Origin: Candidatus Saccharimonadota bacterium
GTDB taxonomy: Bacteria; Patescibacteriota; Saccharimonadia; UBA4664
Direction: 5' to 3'
Length of the DNA: 64,000 nt
Assembly (NCBI GenBank): GCA_019352195.1
Contig: JACAFG010000002.1
Location: 167,820 to 231,819 of the forward strand
The notes under the pieces were generated by a model that searched no databases, was not told the origin of the DNA, and saw nothing but the letters and a program-made list of their open reading frames with translations. How positions within the stretch are numbered: the stretch's first letter is position 1; each line of letters begins with the position of its first letter. Positions 9,228 through 17,784 of this stretch are shown piece by piece. A program made the translations under genes and the position numbers.

Positions 9228-9713
9228 TCATTCGTACCCTTGTTGTAAGGCCGCCAGACGCCGGAGAAGCAGCTGATAACCAGGACGCTCGCTGGTATCG
9301 GGTATAGACTTGGTCAATTGGCTCCGAAAGTTCGCCGCGGCTGAGCTTACGGCGGGATCGGTCATTGGTATTTGATGCTCGTCTCGAATGCAAACTGTCA
9401 GCTGGCGCCTTAGCCACGGCCGGGGCCATCCGGATAATACTCCATTGAGGTAGTTTGACCACCGATCCCGATCGAGAGTTCCAGGCAAGTCATTTATCGT
9501 GACGGCTTGTGAGTCGTGCGAATAGCTGGCAATAAAGCCTGTAAAACGAGATCCTTCCCGGCTTCCGAGGACCGCGACCATCGAAAGGGGATCAGACGTG
9601 CTCGCCGCATCGAAGCTGGCGCGCACAATGATCTCATCGCAAGCGAGTTGTGTCGTGAGCCACTGGCCGTTCATAAGCGGTGCAACAGTTGGTTGTACGG
9701 GGGAAGTACTCAT
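9228..9713 (-). CDS. hypothetical protein
   Basis: Start reassigned to MSTSPVQ (GGAG RBS 7 nt upstream). GC-rich and convergent with the previous ORF. A 10-bp-stem hairpin (9107-9146) followed by a T-run lies between them. Confidence 0.45.
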   Translation of the reverse strand: MSTSPVQPTVAPLMNGQWLTTQLACDEIIVRASFDAASTSDPLSMVAVLGSREGSRFTGFIASYSHDSQAVTINDLPGTLDRDRWSNYLNGVLSGWPRPWLRRQLTVCIRDEHQIPMTDPAVSSAAANFRSQLTKSIPDTSERPGYQLLLRRLAALQQGYE

Positions 9714-9837
9714 AGTGAGCTCCAAATTGTCGATGATCAATAGCGAACGTAACTAAACTCCTCCTGCCCAGGATTGGCCCCATGGTAACACAGCCTGCGA
9801 AACAAATAATCGGCAGTTATCTGATACAATTGCGCTA

Positions 9838-10517
9838 ATGCTAAAAGCGGTGAAGTTGGGGAGTTTGTATCTAGGTGCTGGGGCAGTCATTGGCCTTAGC
9901 GTAGTTGGCTGGCTGTATGCCCACCGTCTTGATGGCTCTGGCGCGATGGCCAGTCTGCGCCCAACTGCGTATCAAACATCTGACGCTTTGGCACCGGATG
10001 GTTCAGCCAGCAATAAGAGTACGGCACCGGTGTTAAGAGTGGCCCAGACTGATGCTGGCAGTGCTCAGGGAGCGACATATGGCGGCTCGCAAGCGGCAGC
10101 AGCAACGCCGACACCCAACACGCCGGCTGAATCGCTACCCGGACCGAGCGATTTTAAGCAGTATGATGCCTACAAAAGTGACGCGACCCATGTGTACTCC
10201 GTCGATATCCAGAAAGGCAGCGGCACGGCGGTGGCTCTAAATGACAAGGTAGTGGTGCGCTACACGGGCTGGCTTACTGACGGCACGGTGTTTGATAGTA
10301 CCGAGAAGCCCGGCGGCAAACCGGTAGAGTTTCAGTTGAGCCAAGGGCAGCTGATTTCTGGTTGGGTGACGGGCTTGCAGGGTATGCAGGTGGGCGAACG
10401 AGACGCTTAATTGTACCGCCGGCGGCTGGCTACGGTTCGGCAGCACAAAAGGGCATTCCGGCTAATTCGGTTTTAGTATTTGAGGTGCAAGTGGTCGCGA
10501 TTAATCCAGCTAATTAA
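9838..10517 (+). pseudogene. FKBP-type peptidyl-prolyl cis-trans isomerase, frameshifted
   Basis: The FKBP domain (VVVRYTGWLTDGTVFDSTEKPGGKPVEFQLSQGQLISGWVTGLQGMQVGE) stops at 10410. It continues in the +2 frame from ~10395 as RRLIVPPAAGYGSAAQKGIPANSVLVFEVQVVAINPAN* (to 10517). A single-nucleotide indel near 10395-10405 is implied. Confidence 0.75.
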
Positions 10518-10631
10518 CCTCTTTTTAATTGTTTTGCTGTTTTTATTACAACTATTTTACAATTTTTTCCTATTTAACGCTCATAAATACTATTTATCTT
10601 GATCATACAATTCTCGGCAAGAATCGGCGGA

Positions 10632-10643
10632 AAATGGTAAAAT
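10632..10643 (+). promoter_or_regulatory. candidate extended -10 (TGGTAAAAT) for the desaturase
   Basis: AT-rich upstream region. Only a weak -35 is present. Confidence 0.3.
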
Positions 10644-10680
10644 AAATGGGCTTCGATGCTCGGCATTGAGGGGTTCCATC

Positions 10681-10701
10681 GTCAAAACACCGTGTTTTGA
10701 C
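10681..10701. promoter_or_regulatory. perfect 21-bp palindrome GTCAAAACAC-c-GTGTTTTGAC, 27 bp upstream of the desaturase start
   Basis: 10+1+10 inverted repeat. Candidate operator or 5'-UTR hairpin. Confidence 0.5.
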
Positions 10702-10727
10702 GTTCCAACATCAGAGAGGTGGCAGCT

Positions 10728-12071
10728 ATGACTGCTAGCACCGCGCTGACACCAGGAGGTGTCGGCGGCTCGCCCAATGAACCTCGACCGCGGCGAAAGA
10801 AACCGCTGCTGGACGGCGACAAGGGTCTCGATATCATCGCTGGAGTCTGGCTCATTGCCTTTGTCCCGACCATTCTCATCATTGCGTGGGCCGTATGGGC
10901 CCAGGTGTGGGGCATCAATGTTGGCACCTTCCGGCTGGCCCCAACATGGCTCGACCTTGGCATTGCGACAGTCTTTTACCTGGTGAGCGGCTGGGGCGTG
11001 ACAGTGGGATTCCATCGCTATTTCACCCACAGCTCGTTCATGGCCAATCGCCCGCTCAAAATTGTCTTGGCGATTGCCGGGCAGTTAGCGGTGCAGGGAT
11101 CGGTTATTGTTTGGGTTGCCGACCATCGTCGTCACCACAGGTTTTCGGACAAAGCCGGGGATCCTCATTCTCCGGTGATACGAGCAGTCCGGGTGACGCA
11201 CAAGTATGTCGGTGACCCGTCGACCGATACGCTCATCGGTACTGATGGCTATCCCTGGTGCTATAACTCCAAGGGCAAGCTCATCTACGACACTGGTGAC
11301 CCCGATTCACATGTTCGCTACGGGGACAGTCTCTGGGGTGTGATGCGCGGGTTTATGCACGCCCACATGGCCTGGCTTGTATCACCCGATCGCACCAATG
11401 TGATCAAGTTTGCCCCGGATATCGAGGCCGACAAAGATCTGAAGCGCGTCGCCAGTATGTTCTACGTCTGCGTTCTGTTCTCGCTGTTTGGGCCGGCTCT
11501 GTTTGGCTGGCTGTTCACAGGAACATGGCAGGGTGCCTTGTCAGCCTTCATCTGGGCTGGTGTGGTGCGGATGGCACTGCTGCACCACGTGACGTGGAGT
11601 ACTAACTCCATTTGCCATATGATCGGTGAGCGGCCGTTTGCCTCGCGCGACAAGAGTACTAACTTTTGGCCACTGGCAATTCTGAGCTTCGGTGAAAGCT
11701 GGCACAACCTGCATCACGCCGATCCCACGTGTGCTCGCCACGGAGTGCTCCTAGGGCAGCTGGACAGCTCCGCGCGAGTCATCTGGCTGTTTGAAAAAGT
11801 TGGCTGGGCGACCAATGTGAAGTGGCCCAAGCCCGATCGGAAGGCGCGGCTGCTGATTGATCAGAATGTTGTACCCGAGCGCCGCTCGTCGCGAATTGGA
11901 CGGCTGGGGCAATACCTCAACATCAGCTACTGGCGTGCAATCAAGCTGGACCGTGAGCTCACGGCCTTACTAAACGCCGGTGTGGTCCCCGAAGCGCCTG
12001 AGGAGAACCTTCCGTCGCCAAGCGCTCAATCGGCCGCCGATTCGTCGAACGAAGCTGCGGCAGACACCTGA
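10728..12071 (+). CDS. membrane-bound acyl-CoA/acyl-lipid desaturase (delta9 stearoyl-CoA desaturase family, DesA3-like)
   Basis: Three histidine boxes (HRYFTH, HRRHH, HNLHH) with actinobacterial DesA3-like context (WVADHRRHHRFSDKAGDPHSP). ATG at 10728 has RBS AGAGGTGG. Confidence 0.85.
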   Translation: MTASTALTPGGVGGSPNEPRPRRKKPLLDGDKGLDIIAGVWLIAFVPTILIIAWAVWAQVWGINVGTFRLAPTWLDLGIATVFYLVSGWGVTVGFHRYFTHSSFMANRPLKIVLAIAGQLAVQGSVIVWVADHRRHHRFSDKAGDPHSPVIRAVRVTHKYVGDPSTDTLIGTDGYPWCYNSKGKLIYDTGDPDSHVRYGDSLWGVMRGFMHAHMAWLVSPDRTNVIKFAPDIEADKDLKRVASMFYVCVLFSLFGPALFGWLFTGTWQGALSAFIWAGVVRMALLHHVTWSTNSICHMIGERPFASRDKSTNFWPLAILSFGESWHNLHHADPTCARHGVLLGQLDSSARVIWLFEKVGWATNVKWPKPDRKARLLIDQNVVPERRSSRIGRLGQYLNISYWRAIKLDRELTALLNAGVVPEAPEENLPSPSAQSAADSSNEAAADT

Positions 12072-12097
12072 GTGTTGCCATGCGTTCGCAAACGAAT

Positions 12098-12140
12098 GCC
12101 CGTCGTTTCCAGATCTTGGAGGCGACGGGCAGTTTACGTT
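12098..12140 (+). terminator. intrinsic terminator after the desaturase
   Basis: GCCCGTCG-17 nt-CGACGGGC stem followed by a T-rich tract. Confidence 0.55.
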
Positions 12141-12151
12141 TGGGCGCTGTT

Positions 12152-12868
12152 CTACTGGGCCCGCGCCACGAAGTAAACCCGGTCGGAGGCATCTGTCGCC
12201 GGGCGATGGAACGAATCAAAAGTATTGATGAGCTCAAATCGGCGTGAGACCGCTTTGATGACCTCGTTCAGCTGGAAGCTGGCCTCGCTAGCGTGGTCTT
12301 CGTAGACCTGAATGGTGCCGTCAGGGTGGGGTTCTTGGATAGTGGTGGTCCATTCAACCTCGTTGTCGGATACCCGCTCGATCTCCATATCGGCAATGAG
12401 GCTACCAATGTCTTGAGTATAGGTTGGCATTGCCATGAGCTTGTGCAAGCGCTCAATGCTAATCATGTCGAAGATAAATATGCCGCCGGGAGCCAGATGT
12501 TTGGCGGTAGCATCAAACATTGTTTCCCACTTGGCAAAATTTGTGAGGTGGTTGATGGTATCAAAAACGCAAATAATAACGTCAAAAGTTGTCCCTAGCT
12601 CATATCGTGCAATATCACCAATTTCGAGCCGTGAATTTGGTAATTTTCGTTGTGCAATCTTCAACATTTCAGGTGATTTTTCGATACCTGCTATCTGATA
12701 TTGAGTTTTTAGACCATCTAAGATACTGCCAGTTCCACAGCCCAATTCTAACAACGTTTTGGCAGCTGGGTGGTGTTTTTTGAGGGATTTTTGCAACAGC
12801 TCGATCACGTCGGAGCGGTCGCCCATAATGGCATCATAAAATTTTGCGAAGTGATCGTAGTTTGTCAT
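12152..12868 (-). CDS. class I SAM-dependent methyltransferase
   Basis: Motif I (LLELGCGTGSILDGL) and the acidic motif II region. Confidence 0.75.
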   Translation of the reverse strand: MTNYDHFAKFYDAIMGDRSDVIELLQKSLKKHHPAAKTLLELGCGTGSILDGLKTQYQIAGIEKSPEMLKIAQRKLPNSRLEIGDIARYELGTTFDVIICVFDTINHLTNFAKWETMFDATAKHLAPGGIFIFDMISIERLHKLMAMPTYTQDIGSLIADMEIERVSDNEVEWTTTIQEPHPDGTIQVYEDHASEASFQLNEVIKAVSRRFELINTFDSFHRPATDASDRVYFVARAQ

Positions 12869-12924
12869 GAGGGTAGTTTACCTCAAAAAATGGCCAACCG
12901 GCCCAAGACTATGTCCTGGGCCGG

Positions 12925-14046
12925 TTAGTTGTCCCACAGTGCGGGATGCGGAGTGGGGTTGACTTCGCTGACTAGTTCACGCGGCGTTATGGCGCGCGCG
13001 CCTTGTGGCCTCGCGTGCATACCCGCCGTCATAGCAAACATTACGGGAGGCTTTATTCGGGGGAAGCGAGGCTTGAGGGTTCCACCAACATAATACTCGG
13101 CCGATAATACCCGCCCGTTGCAGGTTTGCTCGATGGGGCAGCTGCCGCACGACCTGGCGTAGGCCCTGAGGTCGTTATCGTTCCATAGTGGCTCCCAAAT
13201 GGTAGTTAGGGTACGTCGGCCTTGACGCTTTCTGTCGACGCTCGCGGTGTTGCCAGGGTAGTCGTTGCATAGATTTCCGGACAACAGCCACAGGGCATCA
13301 CAGAGCCGTAGCGGGTTCACATGTTCGCGTCGAGCGTAGCTTTCGAGCAGGCCACGCGCAGTCTGGAGTAGATCATCGCAAAAGACATTGCCGTTTGACG
13401 GGATATCTTCAAACCTCACCAGCTGGTTGGTAGTGATGACTCGCAAGACATGAAAATCAACCGGAACAGGGAAGTAGAAGAAGTCGATGAGCTTCTCGTC
13501 CATGAGAAAGTAAATGATCATGCTCACCATCTTGAACTGAAAACCCATAAACCCTCGACCGTGGCCGGCATTGCGTATTCGCAGGCATGCTTCGTCGTAG
13601 CTGCTGACGCCGGCAAAAATTTCGCGCGGGTCGCCGTGATACCGGGTATCCAGACGAAGACTGTTTTCGACCCAGATACGCCCAATCTCGGCGGCTTTGA
13701 AGCCAAGTCCAAATTTCTTCAGCTCGGTTTCAATGTAGCTGGGCTCCAGTAGCTTGGCTTTGGCTGTGTCGAACCAGTCTGGATGGGCAGCGTAAACTTT
13801 GCCCAGCGAGCTGGCGGCAATGTTGCTTTTGATACCGCCGCGCATGTAATAGCACAGACACCATAGAAATACGCTGTAGGCCCGGTTGTCTCTGACGAGC
13901 GGATCACGGAAGTCTGGGGGCAAGTTGAGCGCATCCTGAGGCACGGTGACGTCGCTGCGATTGTAGGGATAGCCGCGTTGGCTGTATACCTCCATGAGCC
14001 GACCCAGAACAAGGTCGACCTGGGCATGATCAACGATGATCTTCAT
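12925..14046 (-). CDS. hypothetical protein, possibly an HhH-GPD-superfamily DNA glycosylase with a C-terminal Cys cluster
   Basis: VPVDFHVLRV resembles the GPD motif (VDTHVxRV) of EndoIII/OGG-like enzymes. C-terminal CGSCPIEQTC (C-x2-C-x5-C) could bind Fe-S. Weak call. Confidence 0.35.
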   Translation of the reverse strand: MKIIVDHAQVDLVLGRLMEVYSQRGYPYNRSDVTVPQDALNLPPDFRDPLVRDNRAYSVFLWCLCYYMRGGIKSNIAASSLGKVYAAHPDWFDTAKAKLLEPSYIETELKKFGLGFKAAEIGRIWVENSLRLDTRYHGDPREIFAGVSSYDEACLRIRNAGHGRGFMGFQFKMVSMIIYFLMDEKLIDFFYFPVPVDFHVLRVITTNQLVRFEDIPSNGNVFCDDLLQTARGLLESYARREHVNPLRLCDALWLLSGNLCNDYPGNTASVDRKRQGRRTLTTIWEPLWNDNDLRAYARSCGSCPIEQTCNGRVLSAEYYVGGTLKPRFPRIKPPVMFAMTAGMHARPQGARAITPRELVSEVNPTPHPALWDN

Positions 14047-14151
14047 GATAGGGTCCTTATCTCGATAATCGGTCGGGTGTCGAAATACGCATCGATTAAC
14101 TCATAGACATACTGTGCCGTCAAACCATTCTTATCTGGACGTGGTAGGATT

Positions 14152-14880
14152 GTGATTATGGAAAGAGAATTACCGTTGTTTGAGCCAAGCATAATCTTAT
14201 GCATTGCCGCGCATCCTGATGACCTCGAATTTGGGACGTCGGGTAGCGTCGCAAAATGGGTAGCGGAGGGTGCCGTGGTGCATTACCTGGTATGTACCGA
14301 CGGTTCCAAAGGTTCGGATGACCCCAATCTCACAAGCGGTGAGCTAATAAAGTTGCGTCATGTCGAACAGCAGGCGGCGGCTGATATTTTAGGCGTGACG
14401 TCGGTTACGTTCTTAGATCATGAGGACGGTCTGACCGAGGCCAATACGGCGCTTAAACGGGACATCACGGCCGTAATACGTCGCTTGAAACCCGATACCG
14501 TGGTAATGCAAGACCCGTTATTCATGTATAGCGCGGAATTTGGGATGATTAATCATAATGATCACCGCAAAGTTGCCGAATCTGCCATGGATGCGGTTTA
14601 TCCGCTGGCACGTGATCACTTGAGCTTTCCCGAACTCATGGGGCAAGGTCTCGAGCCTCACAAAGTGAAAGAAATATTGATGATGAGCTTTGAAAAAGCA
14701 ACATTTTACGTTGATATTTCTACAACGTTTGAAACGAAAATGAAGGCATTGGCGGCTCATGAGAGCCAAGTCGATATTGAAACAGTGCGGCCGTGGCTCG
14801 AACCCACCTCAAAGTCGTTGGGAAAGCTAGCCGGCTACGATCGGGCTGAAGGCTTTATTCGCCTCAGCATGCGTTTGTAA
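14152..14880 (+). CDS. PIG-L/LmbE-family N-acetylglucosaminyl deacetylase
   Basis: AHPDDLEFG signature, plus HYLVCTDG. Confidence 0.8.
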   Translation: MIMERELPLFEPSIILCIAAHPDDLEFGTSGSVAKWVAEGAVVHYLVCTDGSKGSDDPNLTSGELIKLRHVEQQAAADILGVTSVTFLDHEDGLTEANTALKRDITAVIRRLKPDTVVMQDPLFMYSAEFGMINHNDHRKVAESAMDAVYPLARDHLSFPELMGQGLEPHKVKEILMMSFEKATFYVDISTTFETKMKALAAHESQVDIETVRPWLEPTSKSLGKLAGYDRAEGFIRLSMRL

Positions 14881-15071
14881 TGGACGCCAACATAAGCCTC
14901 GAATCGCTGCCCTGTGCCGACAAGTTGCCGTTTGATTCACGAGAGTCGGCCGGAGCGGCGGCAGTGTACGCTGGTTTCCGTTATGCTGGGACTAAGCCGC
15001 ATCCGTACAAGTGTCGGTACTGCGATCGTTGGCACTTATCGACGCATGTTAATCAAAATGAGGAGCCCTAG
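14880..15071 (+). CDS. small Cys/His protein (possible zinc-binding)
   Basis: 63 aa with C..-..YKCRYCDRWH. Start overlaps the deacetylase stop. No clear RBS. Confidence 0.3.
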   Translation: MDANISLESLPCADKLPFDSRESAGAAAVYAGFRYAGTKPHPYKCRYCDRWHLSTHVNQNEEP

Positions 15072-15086
15072 GGCTCCTCATTTTGA
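15053..15086. terminator. bidirectional intrinsic terminator
   Basis: AATGAGGAGCCC-tag-GGGCTCCTCATT flanked by A- and T-runs, between convergent genes. Confidence 0.8.
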
Positions 15087-15101
15087 TTGGAGGCTTATGA
15101 G

Positions 15102-15353
15102 TTAAGCAATCGGTCGTTCGTAGTCGCTGTCAGCGGTACTTTCGTAATCGTCATCCTCTTCAACTGAGTGACTGAGGCCGTCCTCGTCGCTGGCGGCATC
15201 ATCGCTCTCGGTGTCGCCAATACGCTCGCCAAAGCCTTTGGGATCGGCCTCGGTGGTGGCATCGTTCATATCTGAACCTGCTGGCATGTCAGCGGGGTCG
15301 GTGGCTCGGATCTCGTCATCTTCGAGCATATCGTGGTTTTGCAAATCTCCCAT
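15102..15353 (-). CDS. small highly acidic protein (paralog of 5457..5699)
   Basis: 83 aa, RBS GAGGAG. Shares the blocks described at 5457..5699. Confidence 0.7.
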   Translation of the reverse strand: MGDLQNHDMLEDDEIRATDPADMPAGSDMNDATTEADPKGFGERIGDTESDDAASDEDGLSHSVEEDDDYESTADSDYERPIA

Positions 15354-15552
15354 AGGTCTGGCTCCTCACTTAATTAACACATTAAGCCTAGCCCAGAAAT
15401 GGGGTCTGCGAATATGACGTTGATGCCAAAAATAGTTCATTTTATCGGCTTTTTTTGAGCATTGGCATTTTGATGAGTACGATAAAAGGGAACCGCCCCG
15501 CCAACGAGATGCCGGCGGGGCGGCGGGTGGCTGGCTGCATCCCCAAAATCGT

Positions 15553-16506
15553 CTAGCAGGCTGCGGCATGCACCGCGGTCGGCCAGTAGCCAGGCAAGGC
15601 GCGAGCGAGGTTGAGGGCATCGACCTCTTCGCTTTGTGGTGCACTTCGGGTTGCGCCCGAGCTGTAGCCATACAGCGATTGGAAGCTGCCCGGGCTGGAA
15701 CCCGCGGCGGGGGTAACGACGGCGAGGTTGGCCTCGACCGACTTACTCGGGCTGTTGGGCCAGAACTCGGCGAACTGATCGTGCGTCCCCATGGGGGCGA
15801 GACCCTGCAGGTACCCGAAGGCACTGTAGTTTGTGGCCACGCTGCCCGGGATTTTACCTGTGTGGTAAGCCGGACCAGCGGCGTTGACCGTGGTCCGCAG
15901 CATGATCCCACCTGGTACCCAGACGAAGACGTAGGTGTTGCCGTCGAGCGCCTTGGCGATGGGCCAACTGAGCCCAAAGACCTCTTGGCCATTGTGGATC
16001 AGGTTGTGATAGCTACCGCCAATGACCTGGCCGATGATGATGTTCTCACCTACCTGGTAGCACCAGCTGGTATCAACCGCCGGAGTGGCCGCGTGGGTGC
16101 TAGTAGCGGACAGACTCGTCGTGACGACATCCGGCGTTTTGGTGACGGTTGTCGTTGAGGTCACTGTCACGGGCGCCGGCCCAACCGTACTAGTGGGTGT
16201 CGGAGCAGTCTTGGTGACCGTGGCCATCACCGTCGTGGTGGCCGGTGTCGCCGGTGGTGAACTACTGGCGAGGGTGGTCGCCGTCGTGCTGGCTGGGGTG
16301 GTGGTTGCCACGCTGGTCGTGATGGTGCTGACGCTGACGCTCGTCGATGTGCTGACGGGTGCGTTATTCAGTGCCAGGCCAGCAACAATCGTCGTGGTTG
16401 AGGTGCTGGTAGCTGGCGATGGATCGTTGCTTGAGCAACCGGAGACCACCACGATTGCCGCGATGGCTCCCACGGCGAGCACGGCTGAGCGCATGCGTGA
16501 GATCAT
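15553..16506 (-). CDS. secreted lipoprotein with Thr/Ser/Ala-rich linker and conserved C-terminal domain
   Basis: Signal peptide plus lipobox (AIVVVSGC), then ~110 aa of T/S/A/V-rich linker and a globular C-terminal domain. About 65% GC versus ~50% in the flanks. A GC hairpin plus T-run terminator lies at 15496-15535. Confidence 0.6.
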   Translation of the reverse strand: MISRMRSAVLAVGAIAAIVVVSGCSSNDPSPATSTSTTTIVAGLALNNAPVSTSTSVSVSTITTSVATTTPASTTATTLASSSPPATPATTTVMATVTKTAPTPTSTVGPAPVTVTSTTTVTKTPDVVTTSLSATSTHAATPAVDTSWCYQVGENIIIGQVIGGSYHNLIHNGQEVFGLSWPIAKALDGNTYVFVWVPGGIMLRTTVNAAGPAYHTGKIPGSVATNYSAFGYLQGLAPMGTHDQFAEFWPNSPSKSVEANLAVVTPAAGSSPGSFQSLYGYSSGATRSAPQSEEVDALNLARALPGYWPTAVHAAAC

Positions 16507-16639
16507 TGTCTTTGCCTTTCGAACGGCGGACGGGGGATGATGTTCAGGTACAGCCATAAACCGTAAATATTTTAGCATAAAAACGAAATAAAGTCTAGTA
16601 ACATAAGCGTAACCAAAGCGAACGTATTATAATGGTGCT

Positions 16640-17710
16640 ATGACGAAGCTAGATCCGAGCGAGGATTCATTACTGGGGCCAAATGCCGTGGCCGAAATCG
16701 TGTCAATTGACGACCAGGCAGTTAAAGAACCGTCTCGTAAACCAAAACGAGGGCGGTTTGGCCTGATTCTTAAGGTCGTAATCTGGTTACTGCTGCTGAC
16801 TATAGCTGCTTACGTCGTAATTATTGTTCATAACGTTGCAAAAATCTCAACACAACCTATGTCGCTGAGCGGTTTATCCGGTGATAGTAATGGCCGTGTG
16901 AATATTCTGATCCTCGGTGAAGGGGACGCAGGGCACGCCGGCGCTGGCTTGACCGATACCATTATGGTGATGAGTTTTGATCCTAAAACAAGGCAGATAG
17001 CGCAAATTAGTGTACCGCGAGACCTGCGAGTAAATATTCCCGGGTATGGCTACAGCAAGATTAACGCCGCTAACGCATACGGTGGGGTTCAGCTGGCAGA
17101 GCAAACCGTGAGTAATACGCTTGGAATTCCCATTAACTATTATATTTTGACTAACTTTTCAGGTCTTAAGTCGATTGTTGATGCGGTTGGAGGACTTGAT
17201 ATTAATGTTAAGACCGCTCTCATTGACCCGGATTATCCGTGTGACGACAACCAATATAAGGCGTGCGGACTCAATATTGCGCCTGGTCCGCAGCATATGA
17301 ATGGTTCGCAGGTGCTTGATTACACGCGCTGCCGCAAAGGTACATGTGGCAATGACTTTGGTCGAGCGGCGCGCCAGCAAGAGGTTTTGGGGTTACTGCG
17401 CCAAAAGGTACTACGTTGGCAGACCTTGGCGAATCCAGTTCAAGTAAAAGCACTGACTGAAGCAATGCGGACGAGCCTTACGACCAACCTGGGGGCAGTG
17501 CAAATGGCACAACTGGGCTGGTACTGGCATCGGGCGCAAATTCATCCGACGATTCAGTTGGTATTATCAACCTCACCGGGTGGCTACCTAACGTCAGCCT
17601 CAGGATCGAGCGACTTATTACCGGCTGACGGCAGCTTTGCTGCGATTCAAAGTCGAGTTATCAATATATTTACGGTGCCCACAGCTTCAACGGACGTTCC
17701 TAAGACATAA
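16640..17710 (+). CDS. LCP (LytR-CpsA-Psr) family cell-wall glycopolymer ligase
   Basis: N-terminal TM anchor then LCP core (LTDTIMVMSF ... ISVPRDLRVNIPGYGYSKINAA). Confidence 0.8.
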   Translation: MTKLDPSEDSLLGPNAVAEIVSIDDQAVKEPSRKPKRGRFGLILKVVIWLLLLTIAAYVVIIVHNVAKISTQPMSLSGLSGDSNGRVNILILGEGDAGHAGAGLTDTIMVMSFDPKTRQIAQISVPRDLRVNIPGYGYSKINAANAYGGVQLAEQTVSNTLGIPINYYILTNFSGLKSIVDAVGGLDINVKTALIDPDYPCDDNQYKACGLNIAPGPQHMNGSQVLDYTRCRKGTCGNDFGRAARQQEVLGLLRQKVLRWQTLANPVQVKALTEAMRTSLTTNLGAVQMAQLGWYWHRAQIHPTIQLVLSTSPGGYLTSASGSSDLLPADGSFAAIQSRVINIFTVPTASTDVPKT

Positions 17711-17739
17711 ATTGTCATCGTATAAATTGTATTCAACGC

Positions 17740-17769
17740 AAAATCAGCGGCTACTAAGCCGCTGATTTT
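17740..17769. terminator. bidirectional intrinsic terminator
   Basis: AAAATCAGCGGC-tactaa-GCCGCTGATTTT. Confidence 0.8.
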
Positions 17770-17784
17770 GGCTAAACGAAGCGT

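Noticed and set aside
15366-16540. ORFs 15366..15992(-), 15568..16158(+), 16085..16540(+) overlapping the lipoprotein gene
   Set aside because: Alternative or antisense frames of the GC-rich lipoprotein gene. They lack signal peptide and RBS logic and have repetitive A/V/T/G translations.
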